Source: Raillietiella orientalis
Taxonomy: Eukaryota
Direction of reading: 5' to 3'
DNA: 64,000 nucleotides
Assembly: GCA_036172245.1 (NCBI GenBank)
Contig: JAYWIR010000001.1
Coordinates: forward strand, 2,666,001 to 2,730,000
The translations under genes and the position numbers were made by a program. This document shows, piece by piece, positions 51,262 through 64,000 of this stretch; position 1 is the stretch's first letter; each line of letters starts with the position of its first letter. Below the pieces are notes generated by a model. It did no database searches. It saw only the letters and a list, made by a program, of their open reading frames with translations, and had not been told where the DNA came from.

Positions 51262-52143
51262 TTCAAGAATCAAGATAAATTCAAAATGCAAAAAGTTTCC
51301 AAAGGTAAAATGGTTGTGACAACGTTCACGGACACTCTCACCCTGTAAGTCATGAGACGAACCTTCATCTTGGGCAAGCTCAACGTTTGTGCTCAGATAC
51401 AAAGAAAAGGAGAAAGAGTTCCACGTCGCAGATTGAATATGCAAAAGCAGAAGGTAGATAAGAAGACGAACGTTACTCAGAATATCAAATGAGATGCTCA
51501 AGTCCATGAAAGTGGGGTCAAATCTGTTCGCGAAATTCCGTCCCAGCAATCAGATCAGATAGACAAACACGAACGCCGACCCCTTGTTTACAGTTGTCTT
51601 TAATTCCGTAGTTTGTAGAGCTATCTCTAATGTGAATATGTCATTTCCATTGCCTTTGTCGCTTTTCCACTTCCGAGAAGCTCTCAGCAGTTATCAGCCA
51701 CTATACGAATTCTTGTTCGAAGCGTCGAATCCTCGACGTCCGAACACAATCGATGTGTTTCCTGTATTCAGTACGTACTAGAAAGCATCCGAGGACAGAT
51801 TTAATCAGTATCTATGATCCAGAATCCAGCTGAGCATTTAAAGAATGCCACTACGGAGGAATCCATCATCCTCTGTAGCAGCTTCAGTTAGCTGTGCGAA
51901 ATCAAAGAGATGACGAGGACAGTCATCCGGAATGAACCGACGCTGTTGATTTCAAATGCAAGCTCACGCTGTCTGGCAGAAGTGCCATTCCATACGTAAT
52001 CGTCATCATTGTGCGGAGTCAGTGACCATTCAGACTTCTTGTCACGCAGATCCCAGTAAAAGAACCAAACTGTCGTTGTGAATCTGAAGGCTGCAGGTGC
52101 ACACAAATGCCTCGCTTGCAAGTAGTGTGCTGTTAAGCACATA

Positions 52144-52147
<4 letters not shown>

Positions 52148-52186
<39 letters not shown>
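52148..52186. repeat. (TG)n microsatellite
   Basis: Perfect dinucleotide run within a CA/TG/TA-rich alternating region. Confidence 0.95.
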
Positions 52187-52188
<2 letters not shown>

Positions 52189-55100
52189 ATATATGCTTTA
52201 ATACATGAACATGCACACATATGTGAAATTTGTGGCCATTTGCGATACGAATTTACAAGTTTGCTGTGTGAAATGTTTTGGCGGCTGCTGTGCCAACAAA
52301 TGCCTGTGAATAGCCACATAAAACATCCACTACTGCGTTTCATATGCACGTATTTTGTACGCACGTGTATGTGTATAAGCGCGCGATCAGAAACACCGGC
52401 ACACATGCGCGAACGCGAGTTACTCATATGTTCATTACCTTGTGAATTCCTAATGCGCCCTGTTTACGGGGGTTGCCGTTTCTTCCTGGCGCAATCTTGA
52501 GTCAGAAGACGGAAAATCTACTAGAACACTAGGTGAAGAAGAATGCACCCCGAAAATCATCGCCTCCTAACAGTCAGGTGGCATAACAGCCCCCCATCTA
52601 CTCCGACAACCACCTCATTGTATTTACATAGCGTGAAGACAACTTCACGTGCAGGTAACCACATATTTCATCTGCACTACCCAGGTACACGGAATGTGCA
52701 TACTCAACGCTCATACAAGCAAACCAAGAAACCAATTAGTTACGTGTACATCAGCTCACGCAGATATGTACAAGCTCGCGGGCAGGTGGTATTTGTATGG
52801 ATGGTGTCTGTATACAGATACAGATACATCTGCATACACGGTTCTGTATGGCCTGCTCAACGTAGAATCTCTCTCTGGCACATTTCCGCACATTGACATG
52901 GGGGCATGTCGGAGAAGTCTGCAGGGCGATTTCATGTAAAAAAGCAAAACGAGACCGCGTATCTTCTCAGCACGCCAAAGGAAGACGGCGAAGTCTTATA
53001 GATGTGCTTCTTAACATCAATTCCACGCAGCCCTGGATATTATTTATCATGCAGGGTCCACACCCATTTGCTAGTGGAGCAGAGAAAATGAGGTAGCTGC
53101 GCATCTGTCATGTTTGTCTTACGAGGCGCCTTCGTTTGCACATTCCTTGCTACACCACGAAAGCGCTGATTCATGCACTGCGTGCTTGCGAACCTCTGAG
53201 TGTTCTGCTGCGGTTCTCTTTTGCTCTGGGCTTCTCCTTCACTGCACAAATACTGCGCCTGTTCAAAAGCTGGTTCTCTCGAGACCTTTCCAGAGGATCC
53301 GATCATCACCGGAAGCATTCCCAAGGTAGGAAGATTTCCATCACAGAGTCCCGGAATCTTTCGGGAAATCCCTAGTCGGAAACTGGAAGCAACGAGCTTG
53401 TTCTCTCAGAAGGAAACGTCCGTTCCACCGCACACCTGAAACCTCTCTGATTTCACCACTGGCCATTTTCCCCTCCGGGTGCGAGTCCTTCGAGAACCGA
53501 TCTGGGCTCTGTCGTTGAAAAATGTGAGATCAGCTCGATGTGAAAGACCAAATGATGTGCATCCTCCATGACACATCTGACAACGTTTCTCGCTTCCACA
53601 GAGGCAGTTTGTTTTAGTTCCATGGATTCTGGATGACGCCCTGCACGACAAGTTCTTGAAATATGAGGGCTTTTCCTGTTTTATTATTTATTTTTTTGCA
53701 AAGTGTTTCTGAGGACACTTTTGGATGTTCAATGCCTTCATCGCCTTGGTACTCCCTCAAGATTGCCGTTTTTCTGATCGACTCTTTTCCATTGATTAAA
53801 CCTCCATTACCGTTTCCATTCTATTGCTCCTCCTTATCCATGGATGATGGGGAGCTCTTCGTCCTCATTTTTCTTCTTTCCCGATGGGAAGTGTGATGGA
53901 GGTAGCCGTGAGAACCCTCGATTGTGCGCTGACTAAGAGTAGCACCGATTGTCAGTTTCTTTCCCTACAACCAAGTGCAGCTTGGTCAGTACTTCGAGGA
54001 TTATTCTCGGAACCCTCCACAGAAACCTTTGAAGAACCCCCATATGCTCCGGTTGTATGTATCTCTAAAACTCGCATCCTAAGACCAGAAGGAAGTGGCT
54101 GGAACCCAAAACTCTTGGCTGTTTGGCAAAAGCTGCCCATTTCTTAACTCTTTCGAATTCTCGGTCTTCATCCATTGGGAGATGTCTTTATTTTCTGTGG
54201 TTCACTGAGTGCTGGAAAACCGTTCGCTTGGCGGCTCACGAGGCTCTTTAACTCTGTCCATCCGACCCAGGGATGCGTTTTAACTCTTCAAGTGACAGGG
54301 AGTACGTGGAGAGGGGACCATCCTGTGAATCCAGAAAGGGCTCCAGAGGAAGGACTCCCTTCCTCTTACGCTTGGGAGGAACCCAGAAGAAAACCTCTAC
54401 CTCACTCCAATTGGAGAGCCTCCTGGAGTGGCCTCCACACCACTGTTTCTTCTCCGAAGCGAACCCGGAAAGGATGCGCTCTCGGAAATTTTTCGGATGC
54501 CGATCTGATCGGAGGAGTCGAAAGAAACGCGGGGATGGTGGCACTTTGTTCCTCGTCTTTCGAGGAGAGCGACTCTTTCTACGGTAGTGAAGAAGCTTCC
54601 CTCCGTCGTTCCTGCATATGAAGGACAGAATCCAAAGAAACACCGAGCCTTCCATTGCCAGGAGAGTTGAGCAGAGAGTGGTGACTGAACGTATGCAGTG
54701 CTGCCAAGTCATCTTTCCTGAGAGACCTGTGCAGTTTCTCTCTCGCTTGTATTGGCAGGCTTTTCCACGCTTTCCTGAAAACTGGGCGGGCAGCCTACGG
54801 CACGAGATGACTGGTGAGTCCGTTTTTGTCTTCTTGGCTTCTCTTGCATCGCCGTCGACCCACTGAAACTATTCTGCTTCAGCTGGGTGCTGGCGCCTCA
54901 TAGCCTGCTCCTTTGCTTCAGTTACCGCCCTCTGGGAGGATCGCGTCCGTTCCTCAGAGAGGCAGACTAGCGAACCCTCCGCGTTCTTCCAGGGGAAACG
55001 GGATTCGTTCTTGATAGACGGATACCTGGACCTGACGGACGCTGTCGCGATCAAACCCGCTATGTTTCTCTGTCTCCTTCATCCCACCGCAGACGGCTTC

Positions 55101-58100
55101 TGAAACCGGAGACGAATGGTCCACGCCCTGACACAGAAGGAAAAGAGAGAGAGAGAGAAGCTGCAGTTGCAAAAGTCTGCGGAAGTTGCCGGAGACGTTG
55201 CTTTCGGCTATCCTTACTTCGGGATGACGGGGTGATACTGGTTCCCATCACCAAGAACAAAGGAAAACATCGTCTCCAGAGACGCACTTGGGTTTCTGGA
55301 CAGCATCTTTTTGCACAACAAGGTGCTGCCGATAGAGGTGGTCAAGAAGACATAAACATGCGAAGAACCACTCGCCGGGAGGTCCTCCTCTTTCTGGAGA
55401 GGAGAAATCCGTTTTCCCACCATCTGAGGAGCGCCATCGAATGAGTAGCTTTCTGACACCATTCGAGGAGAATGGCAAGAAATCCGCCCGTGCTCGACAT
55501 CTGCTCGAAACCTTCCCAGAGAAATTCCACTGCCCCACTCTCTAGCATTCATCAGCTAGTGGACGAGCAGCGGCCGCATCAGAGCAAAGGGAACGCAACC
55601 TTCTCGTCGGAACCACCCGCGCAAAAGAAAAGCCTCGGTAGGTGGGTAGCGAAAGCTCCTTTCGTGAGAGAGGGAGTCAAAAACCACTGGCAGTGCCAGC
55701 GAATCGCATCAAGCCGGGCCTCAAAGGATGCCCGCTGCTCCACTCCCTCAGCGACAGTGCCTAAGGGAAGGAGCGAATGAAGAAGCGGCTCAGGTCTTCC
55801 TCAACAAGAAGAAGGCTGTTTTCCCATATGATGCTGTCCATGGGAGCGTAGCGGCAACAGCAGCCGACCTCCTAGGCGGAAGTCACCGGCTGCCTGGCAA
55901 TAGGAGGGGGTGAACCGGGAGGCTAATGACGGCCGGCCGACCCGCCCTCCCGCCATTGTGCGTTCGCGCCCCACGGCAGGAAACGGTAGCAGCCTTCCCT
56001 ACCGTAGGGGTGCGGCAACGGATTGGGAGGCCGCTCTTCGCTCCGCAAGGGGCTTTCCACCCTCCGGGGATGCCGAGCTGCGCCTCTCCAGCAGTTGCCA
56101 AAGCAACGACCGACCGCTCCGTCCCGGCCCCCTGACACGGAAGGCCTCACGAGAAAGAGACGCTGGACAGATGGTCGGAAGGCTCCGTTCCTCCTCCCTC
56201 CTCCTCTCTTCCCGTTTCCAGGAGACGAGGAGCGTTTCTCCCCAAGTCTTGCTTGCCCCGCAGTGCGTGTCTGTTTGTTCCCCGTCGACCCGTCGAGCCC
56301 TCCGTCCCGAGAGCGCGTTCCTCTTGGCTACCGACCTGCGTGTCGGCATCCTCCACCTGGAGCCTCAAGGGCATGTGAATGCCTGTTTGTCCTCTTTGAA
56401 CAAACAATCCGGCGTGACCGAGTTCAGAACGATAAAGCGAGCCCGCGGAGATCCCGCCGTTGCCGCGACGCGCCTCGAAAGCGGGCGCGAACGCACAATG
56501 GCTCGAGGAGGACCTTTCCTTAACGGTACTGAGCGGCATCCCTGAGCTGGCCTGCAGGGCGGAAAAGGTGCGTCCCACGCCCCCCCACGCGCGGGCCGCG
56601 CTACAAGCGGCAGTCCGAGGCCGCTGCAGCTGGAGTCCCTCAAGCGGCCTCACTGCTGGGAGCTCCACGAAGGAGCATGCGGTGCCCGCTTCACGGGGAC
56701 TTCCGGCTCGCCGTGTTGGCACCAGTTCGAGGCAGCCAGATGGATCGCCTCGTATACTCCCCCTCGGGGCGATCCATCGCATAGCTGGGGGATCGACCCA
56801 TGTCCTTTCCTCGAGGCAAGGCAGAGGGGCTCTCGGGTTCATCGGGCTTTGAGGGAAAAGCTGCGATCCCGAAAGTTCAAGTGGGTAGCCGCGAGGCAGA
56901 GCCCGCGACCTCGCAGCGAGTGCAAGGGGAGACCCGCGAACGGAGGAAGGAAGGAGTCTCCTCTTTCGGTGAGACCTTCCGGTCTCACTCCTTGGATGGG
57001 TTAAGAAAGCGGAGGAGGGAGTAGTCGCGAAACCAGGAAAGCAGGAAGAACGGGGAAGATTGTCCGGAGGCACGGCAGAGAGGTGGACGGTGCGCCGCGC
57101 CGGGAGCTGCAACGGAATCGAAGGAAGGAAAAGAGACAAGAGACCCACAGCGGCGAGGAATTGCCACAAGCTCTCTCCTCCCTGCAGACGGGTGGTTTCG
57201 AAGTCGTTGCCGCGGCAACGGCGACCGCGGAGAGGGGGTGAGTTTGCTCCGGGGATTAAAAGGGGAGGGAATAAGGTGAGGAGAGAACAGATCTCGGCAT
57301 ACCAACCTCTCAGCAAGTGCTGCCCATCGAGGGGGGAGGAGGGAAAAGAAGGGGGAGGGAGGATCGGTTGGACGTGCCCGCTGGCAGCGGAAGAACCACT
57401 ACCCTGTCCTTGTCTCCCGATGACGCAGCAAGGCGGGTCGAGAGGCACGTGGTGGCGGAGGCCTTCTTGACTCCTCCGCGAACAAAGAGAGAGCCACTGA
57501 AAAGCTCCAGCGAGTGGCTGCGGCAGACGGGGTGCAGGAGAGGCTCCTGGACGGCGGTCAGAATCAAGCCGAACCAGCAGGCGGATGCGAGATGCCTACA
57601 GAGTTGGTCGGTCAACTCGGAATCGGGTCGTCACGTGACCCGGGGCCCCGAGCGCTTTCAGCGTGCTTGGACGATGTCCAAACAGCTAGACAGAAGCTCG
57701 CCTCTTTCGACCACCCAGCCCGTTTTGCTCCTCGCTGCTGGGAGTGGAAGGTCTATCAATGTCCGACCTACGCGTCCTCTGCTTCCGGCGTCTCCACCCC
57801 GACTCGCCTTGCGATGGAGAGGTCGGCGTGAGGTCGGCCAGTAAAGTTCAACGAATACTTCAGCCGCAATCGCTGAAGGGGGACGGCGTCTGTCTAGGAC
57901 CGAGTCGCCTTTCAGACGGGTGGGCGAATCGCGTGGGGTGATGCCCTTTTCGCGACTACGTTCCTCCTGTTTGGAAGCGGAAGCTCGGAAAAACGGGAAG
58001 GGTCATGCGCCCGTGTGGGAGGCTTTGTGGTTAACGGTGGTCTCCGCGTTGCACCATGCGCCGTAGGTTCGAAAACTCCGAAACAAATCGACGCAGTGCG

Positions 58101-61100
58101 TCGTGGGTTTCGGGTTACTCTCGCTAGATGACGCTGGTCGGTCTACAAACATTCAGAGAGGCACCGGTAGCAGTTTACACCGGAGGCCCCCAAAGAGGGC
58201 CGGGACAATTGGAAGTCCATATTCGGGTCCTTCCAGAAATCAAAGAGTGGGGGAGTATGCAACCTCCTGTTGTGCAAAGGAGCGAACCTCCCAGTGTGGG
58301 AGATCCTTCCGTGTCGAACTGATGGAGTCGGTGTCGCCACCTCTCCAGAGAGTGCAGAGAATCAAGACCATCCCTTCGGGGAAGCGACACCCTTCTGAAT
58401 TTCGGAAGCCTTCTGAGGAGAACCCCGAAGAGGAGTAAACAGGAGAGGTTCCCTTGTGGGTTTCCTCTGGAGAAGAAATTCCTACTAGCGACTGGGACTC
58501 TTGCGCCACCACTTTTGCATCCGACGATCACTCATGGAGGAGCCCCCAAACTCAACGACATCGGCGTCGATCCTTTCCAGCGCGCTCACGAATCCCCCCC
58601 CCCCTTCCGCCGTCGGGACGCTGACCTCGTAAAACACCGTAGGGCCAGCCGAACAAAAACGCTTGCGGGTGTTGTGGTCTGTCTGTTCCGCAGCGGGACA
58701 GAGAAGGAGCAGATGCCAGTCATCCATTCTGAGGTGCAGTGTGCGGGAGCAACCGAATCGCTGAGCAGACAACAAGAGTGAGGAAGACGGAGACGGTGTC
58801 TGTCATCTCAAGGCTCACCAAGGCAGATCTTCAGGTCATGCGGAATAGCGCGACGGGCGCGGAAACAGCCCACACATGAAAGAAAGAGGAAGCCCCTGGG
58901 CGCGGTGAGACAACGGGCCGCACGACCAGGGTCAGCAGCAAACAATCGAAAGTGCATATCACTTTTCGACAAGAGCAGTGTGCTGCATAGGATGCTAACA
59001 AGAAGGTCAGTCCGTAATGGGCTAGAAATACTCTAAACCCACCATAACCGAAAGGAAGAAAGGCAGAGAGAAGAAGGACGAGGAGGAGCAGGAAGCTCAC
59101 TGGCAAAAAACATCCATGACTAAGATGGTTTTCGACGATGTGAGGAAACAAAATACGCCACGCCACAGCCTGCAGTTCTTCGGACACAGAAATACTCCAG
59201 CTGGTTAATCAGATGCACGGCAAGCCACCCTTTCCCAGACCACCAAATTGCCTACGAAACAGCATCTATTCAAGGAAGACGCGTCAGGAAGGATTGTGCT
59301 CTCAGCGAACTTTTTTTTTCAGACTTCCGTCTTTGTTTTCGATGATCCGCGACCGAGCGCGGTATCGTGGAAATTCATTCTTTCTATGAATCGATCTTTA
59401 GCTGCAGACGAGCTCCTTCAGCGCGTCTGTTCCTTTGTTTGCATCAACAGCCACCTCCCTAAATGAGGTCTTTCCGTTGTCCTCTGCTCCCGAAATTTTC
59501 GATGATCTCGCTTGTGATTCTCCTGCCCATCATAATAAACGTTCGCAACTCTTTGCCAGGATTTCCAGTTATCTGTTGCAAACGCATCCAGACACCTCTG
59601 CGGCGGTGCATCCGCTAGCAAGTCGGTTTATCGGGATTGACTTTCGAGTGGAGTTGTTCCTGCCCTCCTTTGTGCTCAAACCCTCCAATCACGCACAATT
59701 CACTTGCATAAACTTTAAATCCGTTCAGAAAGCTAATTTTCCACATCATAGAGTCTTTAAAGGTCGTCTAGTTTTTCGATAAGGGGATTATCATTAAAAG
59801 AAGCACGTTTCGGCAACGCCGAAAACGGTTTGCCGTTTCATATATTTCATCTTGTCTTAGCGTAAGTGCACATCGCACGAACCTGCGTAAAATCATTTGC
59901 TGAAGAAGAAACTCGAGGAACACATCCATTTCTTAAGGGGCAGCGCATTTTCTGATGGAGAAAACTCCCTGGAAAAGAAGAGTAACCTTTCCTCCAGAGC
60001 GATGCACGCATTACCATCTTGTGGTAAGCGCTCAAAGTATGCCGTTGTATGGCAGTGTGGCCGGAAGATGGCGCGAGAACAACGTACACTCTTGCGTGAA
60101 GCGTACGTACAGAATCACTCACTCGAGTTGTTTCGAAGGATAATTATTGGACGCAAACCTCAGAAAATTAGCACAATGCCTTGTGGATCACGTACTTTTG
60201 ATGAAATCCACGATGCATGACAATCTCAAGGATCGTGGGAAAACATGGCACCTGAAACACTCCTTGGGAAAAAACAAAAATATCTTTCCTGTGTATTTAA
60301 GGGGAGCTCGATCTATTTTAAAATTTCAGTTATCCAACCTAAATGATCTTGGGAGTCCGGGACGAATAATCTGAACACGCTGCTCGAAAAAGTCCATACC
60401 AGAAAAACGGAAAAAAAAAAAAAAACAAATGCCTGTGTCAAAAATCGAATCTTATTCGAGAAAAAGCACGAGGCCACGAGGAGTCTGTACAACTGAAATT
60501 TGAACGAACCGGACTCGGCAATGGAACTGAATATCTGGAATCTGAAGAAACAGCTCACCTGAACCTCTGGCTCGTGCGCTAGCAAAAACCCAATACAGAT
60601 GCTAGAACGCTGATCGTTGCCGTGGAGACTTGTGACATCATCACGAACATGCTGAGCCTATGTGTCAACTGACTCAAAAATATCGTAATCTATCCATCAG
60701 CTCGATTTTTTTTCTTCCTCTCTCTCTCCTCTGAGAACACTGTGAGTCTGCCTGTCCTCTTGGATCACACTTTCGCAAGAAATTACCGGGAACACGCACT
60801 GTGAATTCCCTGCACACTCTTCCGTCTGAGCTGCATATCTGAATGAAATACATAAACAGTTTCTTTTTTATTGCAAGAAGAGCCTTTTCATTTGCCATGT
60901 TGCAAAATAAAAAATAGTGTTCGAAATGGAGCCGTAGACACTCCAGCATGAAAGTCGCATGGGCTAATTAAAATCAAGAACTGGGGGAAGTGTTTGGCTG
61001 CGTACAGTTCTTGCATGCACACACTTGCCGGCGGTCGGGTTCTGAAAATGCAACCTCTTCTCAGTAGGCCGAAGTAAAGGCTTTTTTTCCCTTGAAGGAG

Positions 61101-64000
61101 TCCTTTTTCTTTTCTTTTCCTTTTTTGCACGCCGTATTTTTAGTGACACAAGACAATGATTCATTAAAAGATGGATCGCTGAAAGGTGCTTCCCTTGAAG
61201 TCATCCGAGCAGACAGAAGGTGATTCTCATCCTCCATCCTCGAGCAAAACGATGGACTACGACCACGGGCAGAATCTGAATAGCAAAAAGCACAGACAGA
61301 CGAACCCGTCGAAGGGGGCATCGTGGCAAGATGGGGAAGAGACTGCCTTTCGTAATCCGAAAAGAGACCACGCATCGCAAAACTGGAGGAGGAAGGCGAG
61401 CGCACCTTTCCTTCCTTTTTTGTCTTTGTCCCCCTTTGTGATGGGAGTTCCCTGGTGCTCCCCGTCCTGCCCTCCAGCCTGCTTGAAGAAGCTTCCAAAA
61501 AAACGGCCTGTGCATTTTTCCAGCTCCATCCTGTTGACCTCCCTCCCTCCCTGGCTTTCCCTATTCTTCCTGCAGTGTCTCCAAACCCTCAGAGGAACGC
61601 AGACTTTTGGGTTTCACCTGGGCGACCGGAAGCGACCTGCATGGACCGGTGCGGGCGGATGTACCAACGGCCAGTACGGCGACGACGCGCCCTGCCTTTC
61701 CATTGAGGCTACTCCTCACGCTGCGTCTCACCATGGAGGTCGGTCACGCAGAGGACGAGAGGCGAAGCTGGAGACAGAATCATGAGCTTCTCAGGAGCGC
61801 ATTTTTGCCATAATCTGCGACATAGTAGTGTATCTGCGTGATCGACGTCGCGTAGGGCAAGGGGGTGCAAAGAGGAAGAGGGACGCTTTGTGAGGGAGGG
61901 GATTTCCACATCCTCGCTGCATTCCTCCTCCCCCCTTCCCGGCTGAGAGAAACAAACCACTCGGCTCTTTTTGATGTCAAAGCTGACAAGCACCTCGCGA
62001 GAATTCTTGCGTTCCTCCTCCCTTGATGGCCATTTTCCCGTCTTCCGGTCATTCTCTCTCCTCCCCGCAAGTGCATCTGGACCCATGCGTCTTGAGCGCA
62101 GCTCTCAGGTCCCAATGCAGAGAAGGTAGCAACTCCCAGACCCCCAAGGGTGCTTTTAACCTTTTTTCCCATTGCAGATCCCTAGAAGAAGGCTGCCATT
62201 TCACATGCTGACTTTTCCCCAGGCATTGGAGGGGCACCTGCTCACCAAAATGACCCCATGGCAGGCATGGTCCGTGTTGCGTGTTCCTCTTTCCACTCGC
62301 CTGTAGAAGGAGCGGATCCACTTTCTCGGCTGGCGTGGCAGCACGAGTCTCGACCTGCTATCATCACCGTTCGGCTGGTGCCACCGGCCAGAGCTCCTTC
62401 CTCCGCTGAAGGGTTTCGTCCAGGGAGACAGCCATGCCCTCAGCTCTTATCGTGGGTCTGCTCAAACTCGTGCCCGCACACGTGCGGGGTCTTCCTCACC
62501 TCTTCGGTATCCGGGGGAGCATCCAGGAAAACGGCAAAAGAAACCGCTCCGCTCCCCCTCTAAGGCCCGCGCGCAACTCCCAGTGAGTCGGGGATTTCAG
62601 AGAGCTCCGGTGCGACTGAGACGACCTTCGTTTGGCATGCTTCCTAGGGAAGTTGCGCTTGTCCATGAACCGAAGACCTCCAGCATCTGGAGACGTCTCG
62701 TTATTCTTTTGGCAGGATGAAACGCTCCACGACGTCGTCGTCATCGTCGTCCACCATGTGCTCCCCAAGATGCGCGCGCGCCTACCCCAGGCCACCCTGG
62801 GGCCTGCATTGCAGAACGATCCGTTTCCTAGGGTGCTACCTGGGGACCGTGGAACTCCCTTGGCGCTCGTAGGGAGCCCCAGGGACTCCAGCGCTGAGTG
62901 CGGCTCTTCTCACGCCTTCCCGCACCAACAGTTCTCCTGCACCACCTGCCTACCGTCTCCTCGGCTTGCGCGTTTCCACTGACAGTGGGGAAGACCACAG
63001 CAGGGGCAGTTCCGATCTCCTCCACCCGGAGGCTCTAGTTTTCCATGCCTCCCCGTCATGGAGCTCTTCAGACGGGCGACCCTGGCCATTTCCTAGGCGC
63101 AGCGGAGGGAAGTCGTGGTGGATCCGCAAATCCTCTGAACTGAAGGTCCTCCCTTCCTTTGCTAGCCTTTTCCGAACTTGGTCCGGGTGCTGCTCCATAC
63201 ATGATAGCGGCAGCAGCAACCGTCGTCCGCGAACCGGCGGCGAAAGGAGCATCCCTAAACCCGTCGGTCGGGATCCCCGCTCCGGAATCCCTGCTAGGGC
63301 TTCCCCCTCTCTGCTGAGGGCGACGAAAGCGGGCCAGACAGAGGAGGCACTCCAGGTCGAGGGAGCTGCCGCCTTCCTTGGCCCCCTTTTTTTCCAGAAC
63401 AGAAGGGCAGGCGAGGGAGCCTCAGGAGAAACAGGAAAGCCGAAAAAAAAAGGAAGGGGCACTCCCGGATAGACGCGTCTCTGCAGGCAGAGACTCTCCG
63501 GTCTCCTCCGACAGCCGAGTACCTGTCCAAGAATTCTGCAGACATTCCAGGAGGTGAAGGGGAGGGAACGGTGGGCTTCCAGCAACAGCGACTTTCCAGG
63601 GACGCCCCTGACGCCCAGCATCATCGACGGACGGAACACCTCAGAGTACTCATGTAAAAAAAAAAAAAGAAAGAAAAAGTGTTGGGGGATAAGTGCGTGG
63701 TGCATGATCCTCATCAGGGTAGCAGCAGATGAAAGCATCCCGAGATGCACGCTACACGCGTGGCTCGCTTTTCCCTTTTTTTTTTTTTTTTGACCACCCG
63801 GAGAGCTCGGCCCTTGTGGGCTTCTACGCATCCAGGGGACTGGAAGCGCTCGCGATGGCTCCTGGTCTCCCGCACGCCCGAGGTGGGAGCGGCTGGAGGC
63901 AGAGGAGAAAGAGCGCGCCCGCCGCGCGTTGCATGTGACCCGGACGGACCGCGCCGCTGGCACCAAGACCCTGCTCGACACGAGTGGCGACCGCAGCAGC

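Noticed and set aside
57205..57220. Perfect 16-bp palindrome cgttgccgcggcaacg (also a 14-bp one at 28628-28641)
   Set aside because: About one 16-bp and several 14-bp palindromes are expected by chance in 64 kb.
34233..57448. Long ORFs of 419 aa (34233-35492), 461 aa (45033-46418) and 433 aa (56147-57448)
   Set aside because: Arg/Ser/Pro/Gly-rich translations with overlapping ORFs in several frames and no domain motifs; typical of GC-rich non-coding DNA.
58028..58080. Possible Pol III A/B boxes (tggttaacgg...ggttcgaaaac), tRNA or SINE head
   Set aside because: B box lacks the terminal CC, no cloverleaf, and no second copy seen.
1..64000. CRISPR array, prokaryotic operon or defence system, rRNA/tRNA genes
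   Set aside because: No regularly spaced repeat-spacer structure, no gene-dense coding, no RNA-gene signatures; the sequence is spliced eukaryotic DNA.

Overview
Eukaryotic, most likely arthropod, genomic DNA that is almost entirely non-coding: CpG-rich, with GA-rich blocks, homopolymer runs and microsatellites. It has no prokaryotic genes, RNA genes, CRISPR array or recognisable transposon ORF. The one unambiguous coding feature is a minus-strand internal exon (12164->11942) with canonical splice sites, encoding about 2.5 C2H2 zinc fingers. From memory (no search run) it resembles the LIN-29/rotund/squeeze/ZNF384 family, closest to Drosophila datilografo (dati). A second probable minus-strand exon (about 19201/19177->18806; poly-Ala, His10, poly-Gln) ends at a phase-compatible donor about 6.6 kb upstream. 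The zinc-finger exon begins mid-finger and I found no exon supplying the missing Cys-x2-Cys, so a direct join would give an isoform with a broken first finger. The rest looks like large introns or regulatory DNA of a developmental transcription-factor locus. Notable non-coding signals: a dense E-box/N-box cluster next to a 16-bp-stem hairpin at about 43.6-44.6 kb, a second hairpin at 7.4 kb, CSL/Su(H)-type sites, CTCF-like sites, a PRE-like block and a cluster of poly(dA:dT) tracts. I do not see convincing evidence of a wholly new biological system; the findings are testable hypotheses. Most ORFs in the supplied track look spurious.
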